Shown: positions 36,785 through 44,781 of the stretch, in pieces
Numbering within the stretch: the first letter of the stretch is position 1
How the letters are laid out: every line of letters begins with the position of its first letter
From: a virus
Direction: 5' to 3' (one strand)
IMG/VR virus record: IMGVR_UViG_3300018875_000005
Location: 4,134 to 68,133 of that record
DNA length: 64,000 bases
Translations under genes and position numbers: made by a program
The notes under the pieces: model-generated
Databases searched by the model: none
What the model was told of the DNA's origin: nothing
The model's input: the letters and a program-made list of their open reading frames with translations, nothing else

Positions 36785-37201
36785 TCAGGCGGCGAGGCTG
36801 GTGTCGGTCTGGGTGAGGCGGCGGCGGGGCCGGTAGTCGGCGTCGTCCTTGTCGCGGGCCAGCTCGTAGAGGAAGAGGGCCTGGGCGTCGTCGGTGGGGG
36901 CGGGCTCGTCCCGCTCGTAGACGGTGGGCTCGGGGCGCTCCAGGACGAAGCCCATGCGGTGGATGGTGTAGGAGCGGATGCGGCTGAGGCGGAAGTTGCG
37001 CTCGTCGCCGCGGAGCCGGCACATGGCGACGAGGGCGATGTCGCCGTCGCTGGTGGTGCGGACCTCGTACGGCTCGACGGTGCGGATCGTCTCGGTGCCG
37101 TCGCGGTCGAGGTAGGTGATGGTGATGGCGTGCTGGTGGTCGAGGGCGCGGTAGAGGTCGGTGAGGGTGCGGCGGGTGGTCTGGCGGTCGGTGTGCTTCA
37201 T
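36785..37201 (-). CDS. Stand-alone WYL domain protein
   Basis: ITITYLDRDG...RTVEPYEV...AMCRLRGDERNFRLSRI. Confidence 0.9.
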   Translation of the reverse strand: MKHTDRQTTRRTLTDLYRALDHQHAITITYLDRDGTETIRTVEPYEVRTTSDGDIALVAMCRLRGDERNFRLSRIRSYTIHRMGFVLERPEPTVYERDEPAPTDDAQALFLYELARDKDDADYRPRRRLTQTDTSLAA

Positions 37202-37236
37202 GGCTGCGTCCCCCTGGGGTGTTGTCGGCGGGGTCA

Positions 37237-37283
37237 ACACTAGCCGCTTTGCATTGCGTACGCAATACCAATGCGTGTAGTGT
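37237..37283. promoter_or_regulatory. Back-to-back promoters sharing the palindrome ATTGCGTACGCAAT
   Basis: + strand TTGCGT-N18-TAGTGT; - strand TTGCGT-N17-TAGTGT. Confidence 0.75.
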
Positions 37284-37323
37284 GGTACCCGCCGGGACAG
37301 GCCCGGACGAGCGGGCGACCCGC

Positions 37324-37338
37324 TTGCGTACGCACTAC
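37324..37338 (+). promoter_or_regulatory. Operator copy TTGCGTACGCACTAC just upstream of the RHH gene RBS
   Basis: Same core as 37253, 52828 and 59473. Confidence 0.7.
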
Positions 37339-37357
37339 CCCCAAGGAGGACACTGGC

Positions 37358-37963
37358 GTGGTCACCACACCCACGCGCCCGCCGGGCCGCCCCAGGTCCG
37401 AACGGCGCACACCGCCGAGAGGACCCCGCCCCATGGCCCTGCGCCCCACCGCCAAGGACCACCAAGTCAAGAACCGCCTCGTCGAGGCCGCGGCCGTACT
37501 CCGCGAACACCAGCGCCCGGACCTCGCCGACGCGGTGGACTACGTGTTGTCCCCGAAGGGTTGGCCGATGCTGGGCCGGCTCCGGTCCGCGGCGGGCGGC
37601 TCCGACCTGCCGAAGAACCTGCCGATCTCGATGCAGCGGCCGGTGAAGGAGCACATCAAGCGTGCCGCTGCCGCGAAGGGCGACGACCTGACCACCGTGG
37701 TAGAGGAGGGCCTGCGGGCGTTCATCAACGGCGACTTCCGTCCGGGGCGGCCGCCCCGGGCCGAATACGGCACAAGCGACCGAGTCAACCTCAACCTCCG
37801 GCCGGACGGTGAGCTGGTCCAGCAGGCCAAGGCCATGTGTGAGGACAAGGCTCTACCGGAGGAGTGGCTGGGCTGGAGGCCGTCGGTGTCCGTAGTCGCC
37901 CGGCTGTGGCTACTGGAGCGGTATCCGCTGCCGCAGTCCGCCGACACCGGCGCCGAGCAGTAG
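37358..37963 (+). CDS. Tandem ribbon-helix-helix regulator (candidate repressor)
   Basis: RBS AAGGAGGA; KNLPISMQRPVKEHIKRAAAAKG and RVNLNLRPDGELVQQAKA RHH-like units. Confidence 0.65.
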   Translation: MVTTPTRPPGRPRSERRTPPRGPRPMALRPTAKDHQVKNRLVEAAAVLREHQRPDLADAVDYVLSPKGWPMLGRLRSAAGGSDLPKNLPISMQRPVKEHIKRAAAAKGDDLTTVVEEGLRAFINGDFRPGRPPRAEYGTSDRVNLNLRPDGELVQQAKAMCEDKALPEEWLGWRPSVSVVARLWLLERYPLPQSADTGAEQ

Positions 37964-38052
37964 CACCAGTGGGGTGGTGCGGGGTTCGGATGCCGACGAC
38001 GGGGCCCCGCACTCGCCCGTAGCAGCACGACATCACCTATAGGAGTGACCTC

Positions 38053-39015
38053 ATGGCGACAGCCGCCGAGGCCCCCGCACGCGCGGGCGGCCCGACTCAG
38101 CACACCCTCTTGCAGTTCACCCAGGCCACCAAGGAGAAGGCCAAGGCCCGCGTCGCCCTGTGCGGCCCGTCCGGCTCGGGGAAGACCTTCACGGCCCTGA
38201 CAATCGCCACCGCCCTCGGGGCCCGCACTGGCGTCATCGACACCGAGCGCGGCTCGGCGTCCAAGTACGCCGACGAGTTCGCGTTCGACCGGCTGGAGCT
38301 GGACCAGTACGACCCGCGGATCCTGGTGGATGCCCTCGGGGTCGCCGCGGGGGCCGGCTTCGATGTGGTGGTGGTCGACTCGCTCACGCACTTCTGGTCC
38401 GGGTCGGGCGGGATGCTGGAGCAGGTCGACGCGATCGCCCGCCGGTCGTCGAGCAACAACACGTTCGCGGCGTGGAAGGACGCCCGGCCGATCGAACGGA
38501 AGATGATCGACGCGCTGGTGTCGTATCCCGGGCACGTGATCGTCACGATGCGGTCGAAGACGAAGTACGAGATCGACTCCTCCAGCGGGCGGAGCGCCCC
38601 GCGGAAGGTGGGGCTGGCTCCGGAGCAGCGAGACGGCATCGAGTACGAGTTCGACATCGTGGGCGACATGGACCCGGACAACGTGCTGACGGTCACCAAG
38701 TCCCGGGCGCGTGCCCTGTCGGGGGCGGTGGTGCCGCAGCCGACGATGGAGTTCGGGTTGCGGATCAAGGAGTGGCTGGAGGCTGGTGCGGAGCCCGCGG
38801 TGCGGCTGGAGGATCTGATCTCCCGGGCGGTGGACCCGCGGGCGACGTTCGAGGGGCTGCGGGAGTTGATGCAGATCGTGCGCCGGCAGCGGGTCGCGGC
38901 TGCGCCGCTGCTGGACGAGCACGGCAAGCCGTCGACGCTGGGTGAGGTGATTCTGCGCCGGGGCCAGGAGTTGAAGGCGGCGCAGGGCGCCGGGCCGGAC
39001 AGGAGCGCCGCCTGA
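38053..39015 (+). CDS. AAA_24 / Sak4-like ATPase
   Basis: GPSGSGKT, IDTERGSA, VVVDSLTHFW, GIEYEFD. Confidence 0.88.
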   Translation: MATAAEAPARAGGPTQHTLLQFTQATKEKAKARVALCGPSGSGKTFTALTIATALGARTGVIDTERGSASKYADEFAFDRLELDQYDPRILVDALGVAAGAGFDVVVVDSLTHFWSGSGGMLEQVDAIARRSSSNNTFAAWKDARPIERKMIDALVSYPGHVIVTMRSKTKYEIDSSSGRSAPRKVGLAPEQRDGIEYEFDIVGDMDPDNVLTVTKSRARALSGAVVPQPTMEFGLRIKEWLEAGAEPAVRLEDLISRAVDPRATFEGLRELMQIVRRQRVAAAPLLDEHGKPSTLGEVILRRGQELKAAQGAGPDRSAA

Positions 39016-39239
39016 TGGATACCGACAACACGACCGTGGTCCACCTGCCGATCCGGGTGCAGGAGAAGGAGGTGTGGCTCCTCACTGAGGACGAGCGCCG
39101 CACCGTTGGCGTCACTCTGGTGCGGGAGCCGCTGTTCGGCCGGGTCTATGACCTGTACTACCTGAACGGCAGGCGGATTGGTCCTGAAGACCGGGTGCTG
39201 GTTCCGGTCGGGTTCCCTCTGGACGGGAGCGCTGCCTGA
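39015..39239 (+). CDS. Hypothetical protein
   Basis: Coupled ORF. Confidence 0.6.
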   Translation: MDTDNTTVVHLPIRVQEKEVWLLTEDERRTVGVTLVREPLFGRVYDLYYLNGRRIGPEDRVLVPVGFPLDGSAA

Positions 39240-40447
39240 TGGCCTTCTTCACCGCGTGGGCCCCGCGGCAGAAGGGCATCGTGCTGGATGGGTTCGCTGG
39301 CCCGGGTGGCTGGTCGGAGGGTATCCGCCGCTGGCTGGGCCTGCACGATGTGGGCCTGGAGTGGGACGAGTCCGCCTGCCAGACCCGCGCCGCAGCCGGG
39401 CACACCACGATCCGGGTGGACGTCTCCGCGTTCGTGCTGGCGCCGCTGGTCGGCCGGGTGTGGGGGCTGATCATGTCCCCGCCGTGCACGAAGCTGTCCG
39501 CGGCTGGCACCGGCATAGGGCGGCGGTTCCTGGGCCTGCTGGCCGACGGGATCCGGCGGATGATGCGCGGTGAGGACTGCCGCCAAGAGGTCCGCGACGC
39601 CATCTATCCCGTAGCTCTGGCGGAGCAGCGCAAGCGCAACGCCAAGCGCCCGGAGGCGAGCCGCTGGACGGACGCGGAGATGGAGGCCGCCGCTCGGGAC
39701 GATGCCTTCGTGACAGCGCTGATGCTGGAGCCGGCCCGGTTCCTGTACGCACTGGTCTGTGAGCGCGGCGGCCAGGGGGCGGCGCTGGAGTGGGTGGCGT
39801 TCGAGCAGGTCCCCGCTGCCGAGCCGCTGTGGCGGGTCTATGCCGAGGAGCTGCGGCGCCTAGGCTGGTCTGCGGCGGCGGGGGTGGTGAACCTCGCGGA
39901 CTACGGCGGGGGCCAGGACCGGCCGCGTGCGGTCTTGGTCGGCTCCAGCGCTCGCAAGGTGGCCCTGCCGCCGAAGACGCACGGCGAGGTGTGGGGGGAT
40001 GACCTGTTCGGGGGGCGGCTGCTGCCTCGGGTGACGATGGCGCAGGCGCTGGGCTGGGGTTACCTTCAGCGGCCGGCGCCGACGGTGACCGGCGGCGGGA
40101 CCGCGACGGGCGGGGCTGAGCCGTTCGGAAATGGGTCGCGGAAGGCGATGCTCGCAGCGATGGCGGATCCGCGGCACTGGGCGTGGAAGCGTCCGGCGGA
40201 CACGGTGTCCGGCACGGTCGGGCACGTCGGCGGCAAGCAGGCCGGAGGGCATCTGAATCTGGACCCGGAGGAGGGCGCGGTCCTTCAGACCTTTCCCCGG
40301 GACTACCCGTTCCAGGGCACCAAGGGGCAGCGGTCGCGGCAGATCGGCGACGCGGTGCCTCCGTTGCTGGCGGCGCATGTGGTGGCCGCGGCGGCAGGGC
40401 TTCCGGCCCCGTCCGCGCGTCAGGAGGCGGAAGGAGTAGCCGCGTAG
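39239..40447 (+). CDS. DNA cytosine-5 methyltransferase
   Basis: FAGPGG (motif I), SPPC (IV), EQV (variant VI), Q-R-R (VIII), QIGDAVPP (X). Confidence 0.88.
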   Translation: MAFFTAWAPRQKGIVLDGFAGPGGWSEGIRRWLGLHDVGLEWDESACQTRAAAGHTTIRVDVSAFVLAPLVGRVWGLIMSPPCTKLSAAGTGIGRRFLGLLADGIRRMMRGEDCRQEVRDAIYPVALAEQRKRNAKRPEASRWTDAEMEAAARDDAFVTALMLEPARFLYALVCERGGQGAALEWVAFEQVPAAEPLWRVYAEELRRLGWSAAAGVVNLADYGGGQDRPRAVLVGSSARKVALPPKTHGEVWGDDLFGGRLLPRVTMAQALGWGYLQRPAPTVTGGGTATGGAEPFGNGSRKAMLAAMADPRHWAWKRPADTVSGTVGHVGGKQAGGHLNLDPEEGAVLQTFPRDYPFQGTKGQRSRQIGDAVPPLLAAHVVAAAAGLPAPSARQEAEGVAA

Positions 40448-40545
40448 CAGGTTGCCCGGGCGGTACGGGCGTGAGAGGGGCCGGAAGTCCTGCGGGGGCT
40501 TCCGGCCCCTCGGCATGGGTGGACGACGAAGAGGGAGGAGACGTC

Positions 40546-40791
40546 GTGCTGGTGGTGATTGCCCTGGCTCTGATCTGGGTGGGGCTGGTGATGGGCGCGG
40601 TCCGGGGGTTCTGGGTCCTGCGGCAGATGGCGTCGTCACCTCGGGTGGCGCGGGGGCCGGTGCCGTCGGTGCAAGCAGTGGTGGCGGCGGAGGCGATCGT
40701 GCGGGACGCCTACCGCAGGTTGGGCGGCCTGTACGAGCCGCCGACCGGCCGGCCGGGCCCGGCAGCGGCGCAGGGACAGCAGTCGAGGTGA
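40546..40791 (+). CDS. Small membrane protein
   Basis: RBS GGAGG; N-terminal hydrophobic helix. Confidence 0.5.
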   Translation: MLVVIALALIWVGLVMGAVRGFWVLRQMASSPRVARGPVPSVQAVVAAEAIVRDAYRRLGGLYEPPTGRPGPAAAQGQQSR

Positions 40792-40824
40792 GAGTGAGCG
40801 CGGGGAGATGGGTGGTGATGTGCG

Positions 40825-41142
40825 GTGTGGGCGGAGCTGGCGGCGGCGGGTGTCGCGGTGGCCGGGGTCGGGGTGGGGGTGGGGTGGCTGGCGGTCCGGC
40901 TGCGGGCGGCGCGGCGGGCGCTGGCGGCGGAGCGCGCCGCGCGCCGCCTGACCGATGCGGCCTGGGGCCGGGAGATGGACGCGATCGAGCACGATATCGC
41001 CGAGTTCGTGGCGGTGGTGCGGGGGGTGGTGGAGGGGCGGCGGGCTCAGGAGGCGGCTCTGGCGGAGGCCGGGGCGGTGGTGGACCGGGCGTGGGCCCGG
41101 CACGAACAAGAGCGAGAGGCGGGAGGGGGCAGCGATGGGTAG
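40825..41142 (+). CDS. TM + coiled-coil hypothetical protein
   Basis: Hydrophobic N-terminus; overlaps the WhiB start. Confidence 0.55.
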   Translation: MWAELAAAGVAVAGVGVGVGWLAVRLRAARRALAAERAARRLTDAAWGREMDAIEHDIAEFVAVVRGVVEGRRAQEAALAEAGAVVDRAWARHEQEREAGGGSDG

Positions 41143-42184
41143 TCGACAGCGAGGCGGGACGGAGGCGGGGGTGGTGGGGTCGGTGGAGGCCCTGACCGGG
41201 CACCGGCACTGGCGGTACCGCGGGTGCGCCCCCGTCCCGGCGGAGGTGGCGGATTTCCCCGGGCAGGCGCTGGGGGATCCGGCGCTGCATGTGGATGCGT
41301 GGCATGGCGCGGACCGGGGCGAGACGCCGGAGCCGCAGCGGGAGCGGCTGGCCCGGGAGAAGGCTGTTCTCGCGGTCTGCGCCCGGTGTCCGGTGCTGGC
41401 GGAGTGCCGGGCGTATGCGTGCTCGGAGACCGCGGATGGGCGGCTGGCGGAGCCGCTGGGGATCTGGGGCGGGATGCTGGCGTTGGACCGGCATCGGGCG
41501 TTGATCCGGCGGCGGGCCGCGGCCGGGCCGGTGGTGCCGGTGCGGGACCGGCTGGCGGAGGTCCGCAGCGCGCAGAAGCAGGCGCTGCTGGCGGCGCTGG
41601 CGCGGGAGGTCGATGAGGAGTTGGTGGCCTGGCGGGCGGGGCTGGACCTGCGCACCGCGAACTGGCAGCGCAGTCTGCTGTGCGGGCTGTTGGGGCTGGA
41701 CAAGGAGACCGCGACGAGGGCGGAGTTGTTGGCGGCGGCCCGGGCGGCGGGGGTGCTGCCGAGGGGGGTGCGGGTGCGGCCGGACGGGCGCTGGCCGGTG
41801 GCGGCGGCGCCGACCACGGACGGGGTGCGGCAGCGGCGGATCGCGCCGGGCCGGCCGGTGCAGTTGGTGTTGCCGGTGCTGGAGCTGGTGGGGCTGGTGC
41901 CCGCCGCCGGCACCGCGCCCGGTGCGGGCGGCGGCGGGGCTCTGTCGGCCGGCCCGGCAGCACCGGCCTCCGCAGACGGCGCGGGCGGTGCGGGCAGCCG
42001 GTCGTCCCGGCCGGGTCCGCCGTCCCGCCCCGCGGGCCGCGCCGCCAGTCCCGGTCCCGGGCGCGGTCGGCGACGGGCCCTGCGCCTGCTCCGGCCACCC
42101 GTCGAACCGCTACCGCTTCCGCTGGTCTTTCCTCCGGCCCCCGCCGCGGCGGGGGCCTCGTCGTCTCTGGGAGCCGCCGCATGA
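41135..42184 (+). CDS. whiB: WhiB-family regulator with long C-terminal extension
   Basis: GC...CARCPVLAECRAY...GIWGG. Confidence 0.85.
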   Translation: MGSRQRGGTEAGVVGSVEALTGHRHWRYRGCAPVPAEVADFPGQALGDPALHVDAWHGADRGETPEPQRERLAREKAVLAVCARCPVLAECRAYACSETADGRLAEPLGIWGGMLALDRHRALIRRRAAAGPVVPVRDRLAEVRSAQKQALLAALAREVDEELVAWRAGLDLRTANWQRSLLCGLLGLDKETATRAELLAAARAAGVLPRGVRVRPDGRWPVAAAPTTDGVRQRRIAPGRPVQLVLPVLELVGLVPAAGTAPGAGGGGALSAGPAAPASADGAGGAGSRSSRPGPPSRPAGRAASPGPGRGRRRALRLLRPPVEPLPLPLVFPPAPAAAGASSSLGAAA

Positions 42185-42588
42185 CCCCCACCCCCACCGC
42201 GCCGTCCGTGGAAGTCCTGGCGATTCCCGGGATCGACGCCGCCCTCGCGGGCCGGCTGTCCGGGTCCGCCGCGGTCCTGGCCGGGCTGCTGGCCGCCGCC
42301 GCCCTGGACGAAGCCGGACAACCGAACCGGCTGAGCCGGTTCCTGTTCCCCGACCTGGACCCGGAGGCGGTGCGGCGGGTGTGGGACGCGGGCCTGGTCG
42401 TGGGGTACCGGGCCGGGTTACTGGCGGGGCGGCCCCGGTGGGACGCCGACGCCCTCGCCGCGGCCCGGGAGGCGCTGGAGACGGCGGGCTGGGAGGCGAT
42501 GGCCGCCACCCTGGACGATCCGGTGGCGGTGGCCCGCCGGGCGGCCCGGGTCGAGCCCGAGTCCGTGCTCGTCCCGGAGCCGTGGTGA
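42181..42588 (+). CDS. Hypothetical protein (TTA codon at 42418)
   Basis: ATGA overlap; FLFPDLDPEAVRRVW. Confidence 0.65.
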   Translation: MTPTPTAPSVEVLAIPGIDAALAGRLSGSAAVLAGLLAAAALDEAGQPNRLSRFLFPDLDPEAVRRVWDAGLVVGYRAGLLAGRPRWDADALAAAREALETAGWEAMAATLDDPVAVARRAARVEPESVLVPEPW

Positions 42589-42968
42589 CCGCCCCCCGGG
42601 GCCGGGGCCGGCCGGTGGTCTTCGACCAGGGCGCGCGGGAGCGGTTCCTCGCTGCCCTCACCGCGGGGGAGCGGCTGGAGGACGCCGCCCGCGCGGCGGG
42701 GGTGTCGCGGAACGTTCCCGCCCGCCACGCCCAGGCCGACCGGGCGTTCGCCGCCGCCCTGACCGAGGCCCGGGCAACCGGCCGGAAGGCCCGCGCCGAG
42801 CGGGCCCCGCACGGGGAGTCCCGCTACAACCACCAGCAGTGCCGCTGCCCGGTCTGCCGCACGGACGCCACCCGGAAACGCTCCGGCCGCCCCGATCGCA
42901 GTACCTCACAGAACCCCCACCCCAGGAAGGAGGACCCGCCCCATGCCCAGCCATGGTCCGCCGCGTGA
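42585..42968 (+). CDS. HTH + zinc-finger protein
   Basis: GRGRP..., EDAARAAGVSR, HG..RY...CRCPVC. Confidence 0.7.
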   Translation: MTAPRGRGRPVVFDQGARERFLAALTAGERLEDAARAAGVSRNVPARHAQADRAFAAALTEARATGRKARAERAPHGESRYNHQQCRCPVCRTDATRKRSGRPDRSTSQNPHPRKEDPPHAQPWSAA

Positions 42969-43028
42969 CATTCCCTCTCGGCCCCCCGCGCAGCGGGAGG
43001 GCTTCCCTACCAGGCGGGGAGGCGAGGG

Positions 43029-43067
43029 CGCGGGCGCCCGTTATTTAGGGTGCGTTTTCGTAGGACG
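43029..43067 (-). repeat. Right copy of 39-bp long-range inverted repeat
   Basis: CGCGGGCGCCCGTTATTTAGGGTGCGTTTTCGTAGGACG = reverse complement of 28246-28284 with one mismatch. Confidence 0.95.
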
Positions 43068-43458
43068 GGGCGGGGTGATGCGGACGGATGTGCGATGACC
43101 TGGATGTCTGATGATCCGTATGACTATCGACACGAGCGGGGAGAGGGGCGGGACAAGTGACGGGCTCAACGGGTACGCTGGTGCTTGCGCCAGACGACCA
43201 CTCAGATGTGAGACTGGCCCGACAACTGCAAAACGAACGGCCCCGCGCAGTCCCAGGTGTGTCACCACCCGGGGCGGGGCCGGTGCCGGAGAACCGCTTG
43301 GGGAAGCGGCCCGGCTATCGCCAACCGAGACTCGTGAAAGAGGCTGACGACATGCCTAAGCGTACCCACCTTTCTGCGTGGCACGACAGTGGACCCGGTG
43401 ACTCCGCCCGTTTGCGGGCGTCGAGCACGGTCCCTGTCCCTCCGACCTCCCCCGCACG

Positions 43459-43911
43459 ATGAGCGCCGCTGGCGAGGACATCCTCGCCTGGACCGAGGCC
43501 GCCATCACCCGCGTCGAGAACGCTGCCCGGCACGCCACCGAAGGCCCCTGGCGCACCCACGACACCCACCTCGACCACGGCGGCCACACCGCCACGATCC
43601 TTGCCGGGGAAGGCAACGACACCGAACTCCTGGCCTGGCTGCCCACCATGAGCCACGAGCCGTGGGACGACACCCGCAACGCCTGGCGGAACGCCGACCA
43701 CATCGCCCTCAACGACCCGGAGGCGGTGCTGCGGCGCTGTGCCAGCGACCGGAAGCTCCTGGAACTGCACAAGCCCGAGGGCAGCAGCGGCGAATGCCGC
43801 ACTTGCGTGGAGTGGTCAGAGACAGAGCACTGGCACTGCCCTGTCCCCTTCCCTTGCGACACCTTCCTCACGGTCGCCGAAGGCTACAACTGGCAGGAGG
43901 GCGGACAGTGA
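43459..43911 (+). CDS. DUF6221-like protein (paralog 1)
   Basis: DILAW...HIALNDPEAVLRRC...AEGY. Confidence 0.75.
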   Translation: MSAAGEDILAWTEAAITRVENAARHATEGPWRTHDTHLDHGGHTATILAGEGNDTELLAWLPTMSHEPWDDTRNAWRNADHIALNDPEAVLRRCASDRKLLELHKPEGSSGECRTCVEWSETEHWHCPVPFPCDTFLTVAEGYNWQEGGQ

Positions 43912-44144
43912 GCGCCAAGCAGCGGTGGCTGGCCCGCGTCACCAGCTTCGCGTTCCCCCGCACGTTCGCCACGCACTGGGGCGACACCGGCAGGAACTAC
44001 CTGTGCTTCACCGCCGAGATCACTACAGGCAGCAAGAACGCCGTCGGCCGCGAGGTCGAGGTGCAGATCCCGGACGAGGATGCCGAGAAGCTGGCCCGCC
44101 AGATCCTCCGCATCATCCAGGCCCGGAAGGAGGTCGGCCAGTGA
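43908..44144 (+). CDS. Hypothetical protein
   Basis: GTGA overlap. Confidence 0.65.
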   Translation: MSAKQRWLARVTSFAFPRTFATHWGDTGRNYLCFTAEITTGSKNAVGREVEVQIPDEDAEKLARQILRIIQARKEVGQ

Positions 44145-44500
44145 GCATCGGCCGACCCGACGTGCCGATGACCCGTGACGAATTGCGCGAGACCATCGCC
44201 GACGTCATCTGTAACCACGCCCGCATGAGCCCCGCTGTGCAGTGGGAGATCGACCTCCTCATGGGAGCCGTAGAACAGCACGTAGCGCTTCGCCTCAACG
44301 AACAGGCAGACAGGCTCGACAGCCTTCCTCCCAGCGGGGAAGCACTGCAAGGGCCGTACTGGTTCCGGGACGGCATCCACAATGCCGCAGACCTGCTCCG
44401 CGATGAGGCCGATCGGATCGAGCGGATCGCTCGTAAGTCTTCCCCGGCTGAGAAGGCACAGGGGCAGCCCTCACCCACGGAGGGGGATCGGATGACGTAA
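44141..44500 (+). CDS. Hypothetical protein
   Basis: GTGA overlap. Confidence 0.6.
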   Translation: MSIGRPDVPMTRDELRETIADVICNHARMSPAVQWEIDLLMGAVEQHVALRLNEQADRLDSLPPSGEALQGPYWFRDGIHNAADLLRDEADRIERIARKSSPAEKAQGQPSPTEGDRMT

Positions 44501-44781
44501 GTCCACTGGGCGGGAGGTCCGTGCCCCTTTGGCGAGGGGCTTCCTCTACCGCCCGGCCGCTTGGTGTTGGCGCACCGTCTGCGGCCTAGTTCCACGGTCC
44601 GAAGTGGCGCTTCGGACTAAGGCCCGGATCGACCGGTTGGCAGCCGGATCGGCCCGAGCGAACAGGTTCTGGCGAACCACAGACCACCCACCGAAGCAGG
44701 GGCCCTGTTGTCCCTTGTCAGCTAAGGACGGTTCCCATAGTGCCTCAGCGCACCCTTACTTGTCAGCTTGACGCCTCCCCT

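Noticed and set aside
28232-43081. Segment as an intact Tn3-family transposon (repeat core ACGAAAACGCACCCTAA matches the Tn3 IR core ACGAAAACTCACGTTAA at 14/17)
   Set aside because: The outer IR positions lack the GGGG end and differ between the two copies, there is no 5-bp target duplication and no TnpA inside, and identity extends inward past where a Tn3 IR would stop. A decayed Tn3 ancestry cannot be excluded.
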